Below, one piece after another: positions 1 through 12,419 of a DNA stretch of 64,000 nt. A model generated the notes under the pieces. It searched no databases. It saw only the letters and a program-made list of their open reading frames with translations, and was not told where the DNA came from. Within the stretch, counting starts at the first letter, position 1, and each line of letters begins with the position of its first letter. Origin of the DNA: Octopus vulgaris (taxonomy: Eukaryota); contig OX597822.1 of assembly GCA_951406725.2 (NCBI GenBank), forward strand, positions 54,932,001 to 54,996,000, in the 5' to 3' direction. The position numbers and the translations under genes were made by a program.

Positions 1-902
1 TTCTTACCCCAAGAACCGTCGGATGATTTTTGGAAGCTTTAATGTCTAGAACTGAGTTCTCATTACTAGAAATAAAGTCCTAGTAGGTACACTCTTCCAG
101 AAAATCTCAATTTAATCAAAATTATTGAGCTGATGTATAGCCTTCATAAGTAACAATTTTCTTCACTTTCTCCTTCATAATTAGTAGCAGTTTCTGTACC
201 ATCACTGGCAGTTTCACTGGTAATTTTATATTTCAAATTTTGGCACAAAGCCCTCAATTTCGGGAGAGAGATATGTCGATTACATCGATCTCAGTGCTCA
301 ACTGGTACTTATTTTATCGACCCCGAAAAGATGACAGGCAAAGTCGACCTTGGCGACATTTGAACTTAGACGGACGAAATGCCGCTAAGCATTTTGCTCG
401 ATGGCAGATGTGGTCGAATCATTTGAAATGATACTACGGATTACTTGAGCCATAAGTTTGATGTTTCCCCCGGGAATGAAGATGTGGGGTTGTCACTGGG
501 TCCAACAATATAATTTTAAGAATGCGTCTGAAACACCTTTAAACAACGCCTCTATGTGGCGAAATTCTGTAACCATGAGGGAATCACGTTTCACAGACAT
601 GAAGGGGCAGTTAGGGTATGAGATTCAGATATACACGGAGCTTGATTGGTGGATATAATATCACATGGATTCCATGGCAACAATAGAGTCGTGATTTTCT
701 CAGGGATCCGATCGGTTGGCAGAATGGAGGACCCCAAGATATACTAAGTTCTTTACTTCTTGAAGGAGTTCGGAATCTAGGGTAGTAACTTACTTGTTAT
801 CGGCAAGAGAGGAAAACGTGACAATTGCTTTGCTGACATCAATCTGTAGATCGAGTTGTAATATATATATCGTCGTCTCACACACACACACACACACACA
901 TA

Positions 903-984
<82 letters not shown>

Positions 985-1295
985 CACACGCGCACACACG
1001 CACACACATGCTCGCACGCACGCACAAACACACACACACATGCACATACGCACACACATGCTCACACGCACGCACAAACACACACACACACACACACATA
1101 TGTTTCATGTTCGTCTCTGTTGCGTTGAATTCTTTCCTTCTGTGGCTGGCTGATTCAGAGCGGATCTCAGAATTAAACAGCCGAAATCTGCGATGAGGGA
1201 TCAGTTTCTGACTGAAGAACGAAGGCTTTGAATGACCCGTTGTCTGTTATGTTCGTCCCTTCATGTATTTCACGTTATTTATTTATGTAAAGGTT

Positions 1296-1336
<41 letters not shown>

Positions 1337-1577
1337 CATCACTGGTGCCAAGGTGTATCGGCCTTTGCCTTTCCCTTGGATAATATAGGTGGCGTGGAGA
1401 GGAGAGGCTGGTATGCATAGGCGACTGCTGATCTCCCATAGAAAAAACAACCTTAGGTTGTGCGTTCGATGGTGAGGCGACTTTCCGCAAAGAATTGTAC
1501 TCTGGAGGGGAACCACTTAGGTGCACTCATGATTATTCGTGACCGACGGAGTCGAGCATTTATATATGTATGTATAG

Positions 1578-1797
1578 AAAGGCGGCGAGCTGGCAGAGAC
1601 GTTAGCACGCCGGGCGAAATGCGTAGCCGTATTTCGTCTGCCGCTACGTTGTGAGTTCAAATTCCGCCGAGGTCGACTTTACCTTTCATCTTTCGGGGTC
1701 GATTAATTAAGTACCAGTTACGCACTGGGGTTGATATAATCGAATTAATCCGTTTGTTTGTCCTCTCTGTGTTTAGCCCCTTGTGAGTAGTAAAGAA

Positions 1798-1800
<3 letters not shown>
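1578..1800 (+). mobile_element. tRNA-derived SINE family A, monomer
   Basis: Head GGCGGCGAGCTGGCAGA.., B-box-like GAGTTCAAATTCC, core GGTCGACTTT(G/A)CCTTTCATC; many further copies (e.g. ~235-400, 4092-4301, 6390-6545, 16835-17320, 18040-18220, 28037-28250, 35690-36150, 50230-50435). Confidence 0.85.
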
Positions 1801-1828
<28 letters not shown>

Positions 1829-2324
1829 TGTATGTATGTATGTATGTATGTATGTATGCATGTATGCATGTATGTATGTATGTATGTATGTATGTATGTA
1901 TGTGTGTGTGTGCGTGTGAGTGTGTCTGTGTGTGTGCGTGTGTGCGTGTATGTGTGTGTGCGTGTGTGTGTGTGTATGTAGAAAGAGAGAAAAAGAGAGA
2001 GAGATACATCCGTACATAATTAGATATAAATCTATATATACGGTGTAGTTCTAATGTACAGAAAACAAAAGACAAAGACAGGTGAGGTAAAACAAGCAGG
2101 TGTATTAGTCTCATGCTCGGGAAGAATGGAAGATCCTTTGACACAAGGATCTTCGATATAAAAGACTGAGGGGAAAAACAATGACGAGAAAGAGGATAAA
2201 ACGGATTAAAAAGATGGGCCGGGATTAACGGTTGGACATTATGAAACCGTTATATATATATATGTATATATATATATATACATAAAAAAAATAAATATAT
2301 ATATATATATATATATATACATAA

Positions 2325-2375
<51 letters not shown>

Positions 2376-2404
2376 TATGTATACACACACATATATATAT
2401 ATGC

Positions 2405-2435
<31 letters not shown>

Positions 2436-2446
2436 CACACACATAC

Positions 2447-2477
<31 letters not shown>

Positions 2478-2619
2478 CATACATACATACGTACATACAT
2501 ACATACATACATACATACATACATACATACATACATACATACATACATACATACATACATACATACATACATACATACATACATACGTGTCCACACCTTA
2601 TTGAATGGTCTACACTTGA

Positions 2620-3020
2620 AGTTCCTTGTAGGGTGAGCCAAGTAACGCCCACGTCATCGGTATAATCCAGATCTGTGATTTCGGTCTGGTGAAAGGATTT
2701 TTAAAAAACGGGTGTATTTCAATACCATTTTACTGTACTAACTTAATCGCGTAGCTTAAAAAGAGTCCGTTTACCCAGAACAAGCTGTCACTAGCTACTT
2801 TAGATTCTAGTTCCTTTTTCCTCTTTAACCCTGCACTCCACTTTTTTTTACTCCTCCCGTAGTATGTTCGATATTCCTTGTCTTCTTAAAAATTCTATAT
2901 CCAAAATAACTTACCACGGTTTGCAGCATATCATATATTCTGCGCCACAGATTCCATGTTGTATCACATGGGCACACAAAGTCATTCTGCTATCAATGCA
3001 TACACCATTCACGTCTGAAC
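2620..3020 (-). mobile_element. RTE-like reverse transcriptase remnant
   Basis: Minus-strand frame [15 protein letters not shown] resembles the RTE-clade ITDLDYADD motif; the rest is heavily decayed. Confidence 0.5.
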
Positions 3021-3246
3021 ACTTGCTTGACGTTGCCACAGCTGCTGAAACGGAGACGAAAAAGTAAGTTACGAAAACGAAAACGAAATCGAGACTCCCT
3101 ATATATATATACGGACTTCCTTTATATTTATATTTATATAGATGTATGTGTGTCTGTGTGTCTGTGTTTTCATTTCTATGAAGAACAAAATTATCACTTT
3201 TTGTATATTTTTCAGATCAAGAGTGATATTGAAAAATGTCCCGCTA

Positions 3247-3262
3247 TATAAACAATAACAAA

Positions 3263-3333
<71 letters not shown>

Positions 3334-3442
3334 CAACAACAACAATAATAATAATAACAACAACAACAACAACAATAATAATAATAACAACAACAACAAC
3401 AACAATAATAATAATAATAATAACAACAACAAGAATTATAAA

Positions 3443-3502
<60 letters not shown>
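3247..3502. repeat. (AAT/AAC)n microsatellite, representative of many simple repeats in the window
   Basis: Direct inspection; others include (CA)n ~878-1098, (TATG)n ~1799-1900, (TAGA)n ~19145-19252, (CT)n ~29120-29200, (TCT)n ~30564-30645, (GAT/GGT)n ~42785-43105, (GAA)n ~43607-43773. Confidence 0.97.
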
Positions 3503-3503
<1 letters not shown>

Positions 3504-4056
3504 CCCTGATGCAGTACCAGGCAGTGGCTCTCATGGCTTCTGATCTTAACTGATTGGAAGTGTTATCATGTACATTGTTTTGTCTTGGTATAAAAGATGG
3601 GCTACAGCAAATATTCTGCTCAATACCACAGATTTGCTTGTCAGTTGTTTGACCTTAACCAGTTGAGCATGTCCCTTGGTGGCTGACGATATGTGCATCT
3701 CTGATCACGAGCAGAAGTAGTGGGGGAGCATCATAGCCATGTGTTGAGAAGGATTCTTTGGGGTTTGAATAATTCACCTCTGGAAACATGGGTGTTTCGT
3801 TCAACGTCCTTAAATAACCCTTATTCAGGGACCTTTTGAGCGGGATGGGTTACTCGATCTGAAGAAAATTATAACTGGGCTCCACCTGCAAGGTCATGTG
3901 CTGTTTATCTTGATATGAGATCACCATGTCGCGCACATATGGTTGTGGTGCATGTGCCTGGTGTACCCTTATCAGACGGGTAGTCATGATGGGTATACTG
4001 GGCTTCGTATATTTTACCCCAGTGTCACTTTGATGGCATGCTCTGCTCGCTCACTC
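3503..4056 (+). mobile_element. ~550-bp noncoding (TAA)n-inserted repeat (probable LINE 3' UTR or non-autonomous element)
   Basis: Homologous copies at 23635-24169 (+), ~39801-39977 (-, partial) and a 3' tip at ~60536-60558 (-); ends ..CTCACTC(AAT)n. Confidence 0.75.
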
Positions 4057-4300
4057 AATAATAATAATAATAACAATAATAATAATAATAATCCTTTTTA
4101 CTGAAGGCACAAGGCCTTGAAATTTTGGAAGAGGGAACTAGTCGATTACATCGACCCCAGTGTTTCACAGGTACGTAATTTATCGACCCCGAAAGGATGA
4201 GAGGCAAAGTTGACCTTTGCGGAATTTGAGCTCAGAACGTAAAGATGAGAGAAATACTACTACTCATTTTTGCTCGGCGTGCTAACGATTCTGCCAGCTC

Positions 4301-4346
<46 letters not shown>

Positions 4347-4358
4347 GTTATTAATAAG

Positions 4359-6361
4359 TTATTCTTGACTGTAAGTATGAGATCATGGAGAACCACACTA
4401 ACTCTGAACAGTGACAGTGAATCCCTAAATGCTGGTGATGTAAAGATTTCGTGTGGCATTTTCCAGGGTGACTCACTGTCACCACTCCTCTATTGTTTAT
4501 CCTTAATACCTCTCTCAAAGCTGCTCAATGACGCGCAGTACGGGTATAAAATGTTTGATAAAAATATAAATCATCTCGTTTACATGGATGATTTAAAGCT
4601 TTTTGCAAAAAATGATCAACAACTCAAGGGCTTACTAGCGATAGTCAAACAATTCAGTGACGACATCAGAATGCAATTCGGCCTCGATAAATGTGCAAAG
4701 GCTACCTTTATCAAAGGAAAAATGACAGAAACATCTAACGTTAACCTTGACCAACAGAATGTCATAAAAGAACTAGACCCAGCGGAGAGCTACAAGTACC
4801 TAGGGGTAATTGAAGGGAACGGAATAAGGCATTCAGAGATGAAGGAAAGGATCAGGAGAGAATGCTATCGAAGAGTGAGAGCAATACTCAAGACAGAGCT
4901 GAATGCAAGAAACAGGATCGAAGCAATCAATGCATTAGCTATACCAGTCGTGACTTACAGTTTCAATATTGTTAACTGGTCAATTACTGAAATATGTCAG
5001 CTCGACAGAAAAATAAGGAAACTGTTGACAATGCATAGAATGCACCACCCTAAGGCAGATACAGATCGACTCTATCTGCCAAGAAAAGAGGGAGGCCGTG
5101 GTCTTTTGCAACTGGCAATAACAATGAAGATTGCTACAATTGGCCTAGACACCTACCTGAAAAACTCTGAGGACTGGATGTTAAAACTTGTCTCAAAACA
5201 TGAAAACAAGAAAGCATCATACTCAGTCACAAAACAGGCAAAGGAATATCTAAGTGAATTCCGAATACAACCAATTTCGGAATTAGAGATAGACATACAA
5301 GAAACAAGCACAGAAAAAGCTAGGCGCATGAAAACCCGTGCCAAAACTGCGGCCTTAGATATTCTGAATAATAAATGGCAAGAAAAACCTCTCTATGGCA
5401 AATACCCAAAGAGAGCGAATAATGCAGATATCGACAAAGCCCTGACCCATCAATGGCTAATAGCCTCTGGCTTAAAATCTGAAACAGAGGGGTTTATCAT
5501 AGCAGCTCAAGATCAATGCCTACCAACAAGAAACTACCAGGCCAACATATTAAAGATCAGAAGCAGTCCAACGTGTCGTGTATGCAAGCAACAAAATGAA
5601 ACCATTGACCATGTGGTCTCCAAGTGCAGTCTTCTAGCGCCTACAGAGTATCTCAACAGGCACGATAGAGCTGCACAATATATTCACTGGGTAATCTGTA
5701 AAAACCTGGATTTGCCCCATGAAAAAAACTGGTGGGAACACAAACCACCCCCAGTGCTTGAAAATGACCACATCTCACTCCTCTGGAACTTCACCATTCA
5801 AACTGACAGGAAGATAGATGCAAATAGGCCAGACATCATATTGAAAGACTTCAAACAAAGAACATGCCTCCTCATTGATATGACTGTCCCAATCGATATA
5901 AACGTATCTGTCAGGACCTACCAAAAACTGAGCAAATATAAAGATCTTGAAATAGAAATCAGCAAAATGTGGAAGCTGAAGACTAAAACAATACCTGTTG
6001 TCATAGGTGCCCTGGGAATGATAACAAAAGGGGCTGATAGCTACCTAACTCAGATACCAGGAAACCCAAAAATGGCAGAAGTTCAAAAGATAGTGCTCAT
6101 GGGAACTGCTCATATCCTACGCAAAATACTCTCTATGTAACCTCAAGGTTTAAAACAACCATAATTTTCGGTTTAAAAAAAAAAAAAAAAAAAACTTTTT
6201 TTTTTTTTTTTAGACATTCATTAGTACAACATCCCCACCCCCCAAATATATGGCACACTAGGCATAACAACAACATGAACTTCCAACCCTGTTGTCTCTT
6301 GAGGTCTCTGGGTGAGACTTGGAGCCAACTTGTACAAATATAAAGCAAAAGTCAAACATAG
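4359..6361 (+). mobile_element. 5'-truncated RLE-type non-LTR retrotransposon (R4/Dong-like), young copy
   Basis: Flanked on both sides by (TAA)n; ORF followed by ~220-nt 3' UTR ending ...GTCAAACATAG(AAT)n. Confidence 0.9.
4365..6140 (+). CDS. Retrotransposon ORF fragment: reverse transcriptase, CCHC knuckle, restriction-like endonuclease
   Basis: Uninterrupted 591 codons: GIFQGDSLSP, YMDD, YKYLG (RT); CRVC..ETIDHVVSKC; RHD; NRPDII..LIDM and KLSKY (RLE). The start is the truncation point, not a real initiation codon. Confidence 0.9.
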   Translation: MTVSMRSWRTTLTLNSDSESLNAGDVKISCGIFQGDSLSPLLYCLSLIPLSKLLNDAQYGYKMFDKNINHLVYMDDLKLFAKNDQQLKGLLAIVKQFSDDIRMQFGLDKCAKATFIKGKMTETSNVNLDQQNVIKELDPAESYKYLGVIEGNGIRHSEMKERIRRECYRRVRAILKTELNARNRIEAINALAIPVVTYSFNIVNWSITEICQLDRKIRKLLTMHRMHHPKADTDRLYLPRKEGGRGLLQLAITMKIATIGLDTYLKNSEDWMLKLVSKHENKKASYSVTKQAKEYLSEFRIQPISELEIDIQETSTEKARRMKTRAKTAALDILNNKWQEKPLYGKYPKRANNADIDKALTHQWLIASGLKSETEGFIIAAQDQCLPTRNYQANILKIRSSPTCRVCKQQNETIDHVVSKCSLLAPTEYLNRHDRAAQYIHWVICKNLDLPHEKNWWEHKPPPVLENDHISLLWNFTIQTDRKIDANRPDIILKDFKQRTCLLIDMTVPIDINVSVRTYQKLSKYKDLEIEISKMWKLKTKTIPVVIGALGMITKGADSYLTQIPGNPKMAEVQKIVLMGTAHILRKILSM

Positions 6362-6569
6362 AATAATAATAATAATAATAATAATAATTGTTTCTACTAT
6401 AGGCATAAGGGCCTGAAATTTGGAGGGAGGGGGCCAGTCGATTAGATCGACCCCAGTACGCACCTGGTACTTTATTTGTCGACCCCGAAAGGATGAAATG
6501 TAAAGTCGACCTCGGTGGAATTTGAACTCAGAACGTAAATACAGAATATTATAATCTGCCAGTGTACTA

Positions 6570-7692
6570 ACTATAAAAAATGAAAACGAAAATTGAGAAG
6601 TATATCAGAAGGGCGAGAAAGCTAATGAAGTCAAAGCCAAATGGTCCGAATCTAGTGAAGACTGTAAATACTTGGGTAGTATCATTACTTAGATATTCAG
6701 CAGTTTTTATACATTGGACAAAATCTGAATTAGCAAATCTAGAGAGAAGAACTAAGAAGGAATTCAATGTGAATGGAGGACTTCACCCAAGAGCTGGAAT
6801 ATCAAGATTATACATACCTAGAAAGGAGGATGGGATATGGTTAATATCAGCAGAAGATTGTGTGGAATTAGCTAGAAATTTTATTAAGAGAGCTACTAAA
6901 GTAACAGTAGAACATAGGGAAACCAAAAAGCCAAATGCAGTTAAAAACCAGAAAAAAAGAAGAAATATTATCTGACAGGCAAGAGAAGGGTTTGCATGGT
7001 AGATTCCCCAAAATAGTTATAGTGAGTCATTATTATGGTTGCAGAAAGGAATGCTGAAGAGGAAGACAAAGTTCGCTAGTTGTAGCACAATATCAAGCAT
7101 CGAGGACTAATTAAATAAAAACCAAGATAGACAAAAACCAGGTAGATTCCAAAGGTAGGTTACGTAATTTAAAAGGGGAAAGTGTTATTCATATGGTAAA
7201 TGAATGTAGCATGCTGGCGCAGAAAGAATACAAGAGAATACTTGACAACCACTGGGAGTTATGTAGAAAGCTAGGATTTGACTATACTGATAAATGGTGT
7301 GAACAAGAAGCTAGTAAAGTGCTAGAAAGTAAGAAATATAAGCTGTTGTGGGATTTAAACATTCAGGCTGGCAGAGTAATAGAAGCTAAAAGGCCTGATT
7401 TAGTAGTAGAAGACAAAGAGAATAAAAAGTGCCAGAAAATTGACTTTACAGTCATAATAATAAGAAAGGCAATATGATAAGTGTAGAGAAAATAGCAAAA
7501 TACCAGGGCCTATCCAGTGAGTTTTAGAGGCAATGGGAAAATGCATCCATGTAGTTATAGGTGCATTAGGAACTATCCCTAAAGATGTGAACAGATGGAT
7601 AAAGGAAATAGGCATAAAACATAGTTTAGTGCAGCTCCAAAACACAGCGTCATTGCGGACAGCTAGGCTACTTTGGAAGGTTCTGGACATAT
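6570..7692 (+). mobile_element. Degenerate R4/Dong-like LINE fragment (different family)
   Basis: Broken frames: LHPRAGISRLYIPRKEDG, VIHMVNECSMLAQKEY, LLWD..IEAKRPDLVV, VVIGALGT. Confidence 0.85.
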
Positions 7693-7801
7693 AACGTTAT
7701 TTGTCGCCCGATGTTAAGAACTTTTCTTTTCCTACTATTTAATCTATTGTTAGTATATGAATAGTAACAAAAACAACAATAATAATAACAACAACAACGA
7801 A

Positions 7802-7883
<82 letters not shown>

Positions 7884-7885
<2 letters not shown>

Positions 7886-7918
7886 CTTGTACAGACATAA
7901 AGCAAAAGTCAAACATAG
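7884..7918 (+). mobile_element. 35-bp 3' tip of the 4359-6361 LINE family inside a (TAA)n array
   Basis: AACTTGTACAGACATAAAGCAAAAGTCAAACATAG nearly identical to the last bases of the 4359-6361 element. Confidence 0.8.
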
Positions 7919-7922
7919 AATG

Positions 7923-7992
<70 letters not shown>

Positions 7993-8022
7993 TAATAATA
8001 AATATAATAATAATAATAATAA

Positions 8023-8890
8023 AGCACACCCATCAGTGGCTACGGGATGCTCGTGGAGCTCAGGGATAAAAACAGAGAGTGAAGGCTTTAACTTGGCTGT
8101 TCAAGATCAGAGGTTATTGACCTGGAACTATCCAGTCAATGTGATGAAAGATGGAGTAGACCCAAAGTGCCGATACTGCAACGATGGGATTGAAACAGTG
8201 GACCACCTAATCTCTGGGTGTAAGATTTTATCACTTCAAGACATGACAGAGTTGGCTAATATCTACATTGGATAATGTGTCGGCATTAAATCAAAACTAC
8301 TGACAAATGTTACAAACACCAGCCTGAGGCTGTAACTGAGGGAGAAAATGTAACTATTCCTTGGGACTTTCCAGTATGTACAGACTGGACCATCAAAGCA
8401 AATAAACCAGATATTGTTGTGAAATACCAAAACAATAAAGTCTGTTTATTGATTGACATGAGCATACCCTATGACCATAATATCTCAGCAAAAGAATTTG
8501 ATAAGCCCAGAAAATATAAAGATTTGCTAATTGAAATCGAAAAGATTTGGCATCTCAAGACGGTTACAATACCAGTGATTGTAGGAACACTTGGAATGAT
8601 CATAAAAGGAGCTGAAAATTATTTATGAAACCTGGCTTACAATCCACGCAGGAAGTGTAAAAGATTGTTTTTACTTGTACGTCACACATATTGAGAAGAG
8701 CATTGTCGCAGTGAATTTTCTTTCCTTTTTCCCCTTTATTTTCTTTGCATACATTTTTATATTATTTTTTCCTTTTTATCTCTTCTTTCTTTCCTTTTTC
8801 TCTATCACATGGCTTTGTAAATGAACAATCTAGTGTATTTATTTTTATTGGTCCACCAATGAGAAACTCTCTGCCCTAGGTGTCAGGAAG
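8023..8890 (+). mobile_element. Degenerate R4/Dong-like LINE 3' fragment
   Basis: IKTESEGFNLAVQDQ, CRYC..ETVDHLISGC, ANKPDIV, CLLIDMSIP, IPVIVGTLG, with frameshifts; begins directly after (TAA)n. Confidence 0.85.
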
Positions 8891-8999
8891 ACCAAGTCGA
8901 CCTCAGAATGTAATGCCGCAAAGCCTTTTATCGGGTCCGGCAGCGACACGGTAATTAGTAATAATAGGACTTAACTTGTGTTTGACTTGGATAAAAGAA

Positions 9000-10430
9000 A
9001 GCATACCAAAGCAGGATAAGTTTTGAATGAAAGGAAACGCTAGTAGAAGTACAGTTACATGGATAATCGTAACGCACCGTGTGGGCGGCTCTAGCGTAGA
9101 GATTTAAAGGAAGAAACTGGAAATTTGATGGTAGTTGTTCAAGATGACACTAAATATTAGTTCAATGGACAAGGATATTTATCCCATCCCTTCATCGAAC
9201 AAGTGCCGTTTATTATACCAACGAGTGGAAAATATTAATCATTAATACTTTCGAGTCTGATACAATACAGTTAGCCCAGAAAGGATATAAGCGCCGTCAT
9301 AATAAGGCTTGTCATAGTTTACACTAGTCACTTGATGAAAAAAAAATAGAGACAATATTTCAATCGAGAAGTACAATCATGTCACAGGAAGCGCTGTAAG
9401 TTAAGCTGTTAACCCCCGAATTCTCTAAGATTTTGACCTCCATACCCAGCAGCTAGATCGTCAACCCTTCACTACCATCTGCAATTGCTACCTTCTTGGG
9501 CTCACTATTAAGTCGGGGATCCTCTCCAATGTTTCAAGTTTCAACTGAATTAGGATCTCCAACCTCATCCAGGCTAACTTTTCTTTTTGATTATTATTTT
9601 TCTTTTATTTCTAGTAGTGTGTTAGTATCCTCCAATGCAACACATTTTCACATCTACGAAAAGAGATTTATTCTGGTGGTTTATTCGTAATTTGTACCTT
9701 GTTTATTCTCTGATCCAGGTATACTAGTGTAAATTCCTCACTTCAAAGTGAGGAAAAGCTCTATCTACAACGATTTCATCTCAATCGAAGGAGAGGGGCT
9801 TTCTCCGTCCGGGTTGCGGATCCGTGGAATAAGCTGCCGGACGAGATAGTGAAGATGCCGACGACCGCTCGGTTCAAAGTCTCTCTTGACCAGAAATGGC
9901 CTGAACTCTTTGTATGACCACCCTCCCTGTACATAACTCCCTGTCCCCCTACATGGCCTTGCTTTTGCTTTTTGAGCCAATAAAAATTGAATTGAATTGA
10001 ATTGAATTGAGATGGTGGAGTTCTTTTGAGCCAAGTTTTCCGAATGGAAAGTTACTCGGATATCACGAAATTGAATGGCACGCGTCACTGATAAGAAGAC
10101 CTATATTGGATTATGTAAAGGATAATTTAAAAATCGCTATGCCAATCGCAGAGCCTCCTTCCGACATAGGGACCAAAACAAAGCTACTAAGTTGGTTAGC
10201 TATGTATAGACTTTGAAAGATAACGAAACACCGCGTATGATTAAATGGAAAGTAATTGAGAAAGCCATACCCTATGTGAATGGATCGAATAAATGTAGAC
10301 TTTGGCTGAAAGAACGCAGATCCTGTTCAGATCTAAGATCTCTAATCCTCTATTGAACTCTAGGTCAGAAATTTTCAGTGGTTGCATGCATATATATAGA
10401 TATATTCTGAAGAATTGGAAAATTCTGCCT
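9000..10430 (+). mobile_element. Old degenerate Penelope-like element
   Basis: ~10090-10420 reads KKTYIGLCKG*FKNRYANRRASF..TKLVSYV*TLKD..IKWKVIEKAIPY..KCRL..LLNSRSEIFSGCMH (Penelope GIY-YIG C-terminus); the left boundary is approximate. Confidence 0.7.
9750..10010 (+). mobile_element. CR1-clade LINE 3' end nested in the old Penelope copy
   Basis: KLYLQRFHLNRRRGAFSVRVADPWNKLPDEIVKMPTTARFKVSLD..* (stop 9915-9917), short UTR, (ATTGA)5 tail 9986-10010. Confidence 0.85.
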
Positions 10431-10693
10431 ATTCTTGACCGCCTTGATATCTTTCAAGTATTGTCATTTAAGGCCAGAGGAGGATAGCACTTTTTAAATT
10501 TTGACACTTTAGTTTCCTTCTCCGTTGTTCGTTTTCCGTTGTTTACTGTCTAAGTTTTCTATATGCTGCCTTCTCAGCTTCATCGCGTTTCTTCTACTTA
10601 TTCAATTTTTTTAGTTCGTTACGCTATGTGGTTTGCGCCCGAAGAATATGTTTGAGTTCTCTATTAGTAGCGCTTTAAAACGTGTATCTTTAA

Positions 10694-10807
<114 letters not shown>

Positions 10808-10825
10808 TGTGTGTGTGCGTATATA

Positions 10826-10861
<36 letters not shown>

Positions 10862-11037
10862 CGTTTAAATATTTGTTGTGCAAGATTTTTTATGTGAAGT
10901 CGTGTGTTGAAACAGATATTGTTATATTTCGGAATGGTCATATTGCCAGTTTAGCCAATAAAAACACACGCACTATATATTTGGTGTTATTTTGCTTCAG
11001 TGATATTTATTTTTTACATTAATCTTAATCTTATTTC

Positions 11038-11082
11038 GGCCAAAGTTCTTTCGTCACACTCCTGTGACCGCATCAGTGGTCC
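11038..11082 (-). ncRNA. Minimal type I hammerhead ribozyme-like motif in 3' pLTR
   Basis: GGACCA-CUGAUGCG-GUCAC(AGGAGU)GUGAC-GAAAG-AA-CUU-UGGCC; sense to the GIY-YIG ORF; core deviates from CUGANGA. Confidence 0.6.
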
Positions 11083-11563
11083 TTTGTTTTCTTCTCACTT
11101 ACTTGTGTCTCTCCTTACTAACCGTCAGCCATTTTGTATTTCTATTGTATGTCTTCATTTGCGCATGCTTATATCTCTATATGCGTCTATGTTTATTTAG
11201 TGTGTGTGTGTGGGGATGCCTGTAATATTTGTATCTTCTGGTTATATACATTCTTGTAATTTGTATTTTGTTTTTGTTTGTTGTTGCTTTTGTTCTAATT
11301 ATGTTCATGTGTTTACATCCACCCATTATTATCATTACATATGCTTGTATGTATGTATAACAACAATATTAGTAATAATAATAATAAATCTAATCGAAAA
11401 AAAAAAAAAAAAAAGAATATACATATACATATATATATATACATACATATACATATACATATACATATATATGCATATATACACACATATATACACATAT
11501 AGATATTCATTTCTATTTCTTTAATTACCTGTGTATTTATTATGTTTGCAGGATCCACTATTG

Positions 11564-12048
11564 TCATATGTTGTGGTGTGCGCTATTGCTCCATTCTAGT
11601 TTTCTATTCAGGCTAGGTTTATTTTCTATTATATGTGTAGCTTCTGTAATTTGTCTAATTGTTGCATCTGTTCTATGTGTGGACAATATCTTAATCTCTA
11701 TGTTATTGATTGATCCCCCGTGTTCTTGTTCGGCGTGTTGGTACAGAATCGATGAGCTTTTACCTTCCTTGAGTTGTCTCCAATGTTCATTCACCCGCTC
11801 ACCAATGCTTCTTGCAGTTTCCCCTACGTATGTTACTGTCTTGTTACTGCATCGTCCCTCTATACATCTTATACTATAGACCACATTTCTGGCTTTACAG
11901 TTCGTTTGTGGGCTAAATCTACATACAGTGCAATAGTTATCCGTACAGAGAGTTCTACTAAAAGGATAGCTTCTACCAATTATAGATCTGATAGGGTTGC
12001 CTGGCATTTCAACAACCTTAATTCTTAGTTTAAGTTTATCTAGGGTCC
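11564..12048 (-). CDS. Penelope-type GIY-YIG endonuclease fragment
   Basis: CKARNVVYSIRC..C..TYVGETARSIGERVNEH..RQITEATHI..LNRKLE; open frame; the upstream part of the track ORF (12049-12148) is read-through from the inverted arm. Confidence 0.85.
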
Positions 12049-12374
12049 TTCTTTTTTTTTCGATTAGATTTATTATTATTATTACTAATATTGTTGTTAT
12101 ACATACATACAAGCATATGTAATGATAATAATGGGTGGATGTAAACACATGAACATAATTAGAACAAAAGCAACAACAACAAAAACAAAATACAAATTAC
12201 AAGAATGTATATAACCAGAAGATACAAATATTACAGGCATCCCCCCCACACACACACTAAATAAACATAGACGCACATAGAGATATAAGCATGCGCAAAT
12301 GAAGACATACAATAGAAATACAAAATGGCTGACGGTTAGTAAGGAGAGACACAAGTAAGTGAGAAGAAAACAAA

Positions 12375-12419
12375 GGACCACTGATGCGGTCACAGGAGTG
12401 TGACGAAAGAACTTTGGCC
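12375..12419 (+). ncRNA. Minimal type I hammerhead ribozyme-like motif in inverted pLTR copy
   Basis: Same sequence as the 11038-11082 motif, on the opposite strand. Confidence 0.6.

Noticed and set aside
777-2652. Many ORFs rich in CV, HT, YI or MYVC repeats (also poly-N/I/L/Y/E/K/S ORFs throughout the window)
   Set aside because: They are translations of (CA)n, (TA)n, (TATG)n, (TAA)n and (GAA)n microsatellites, with no splice or domain support.
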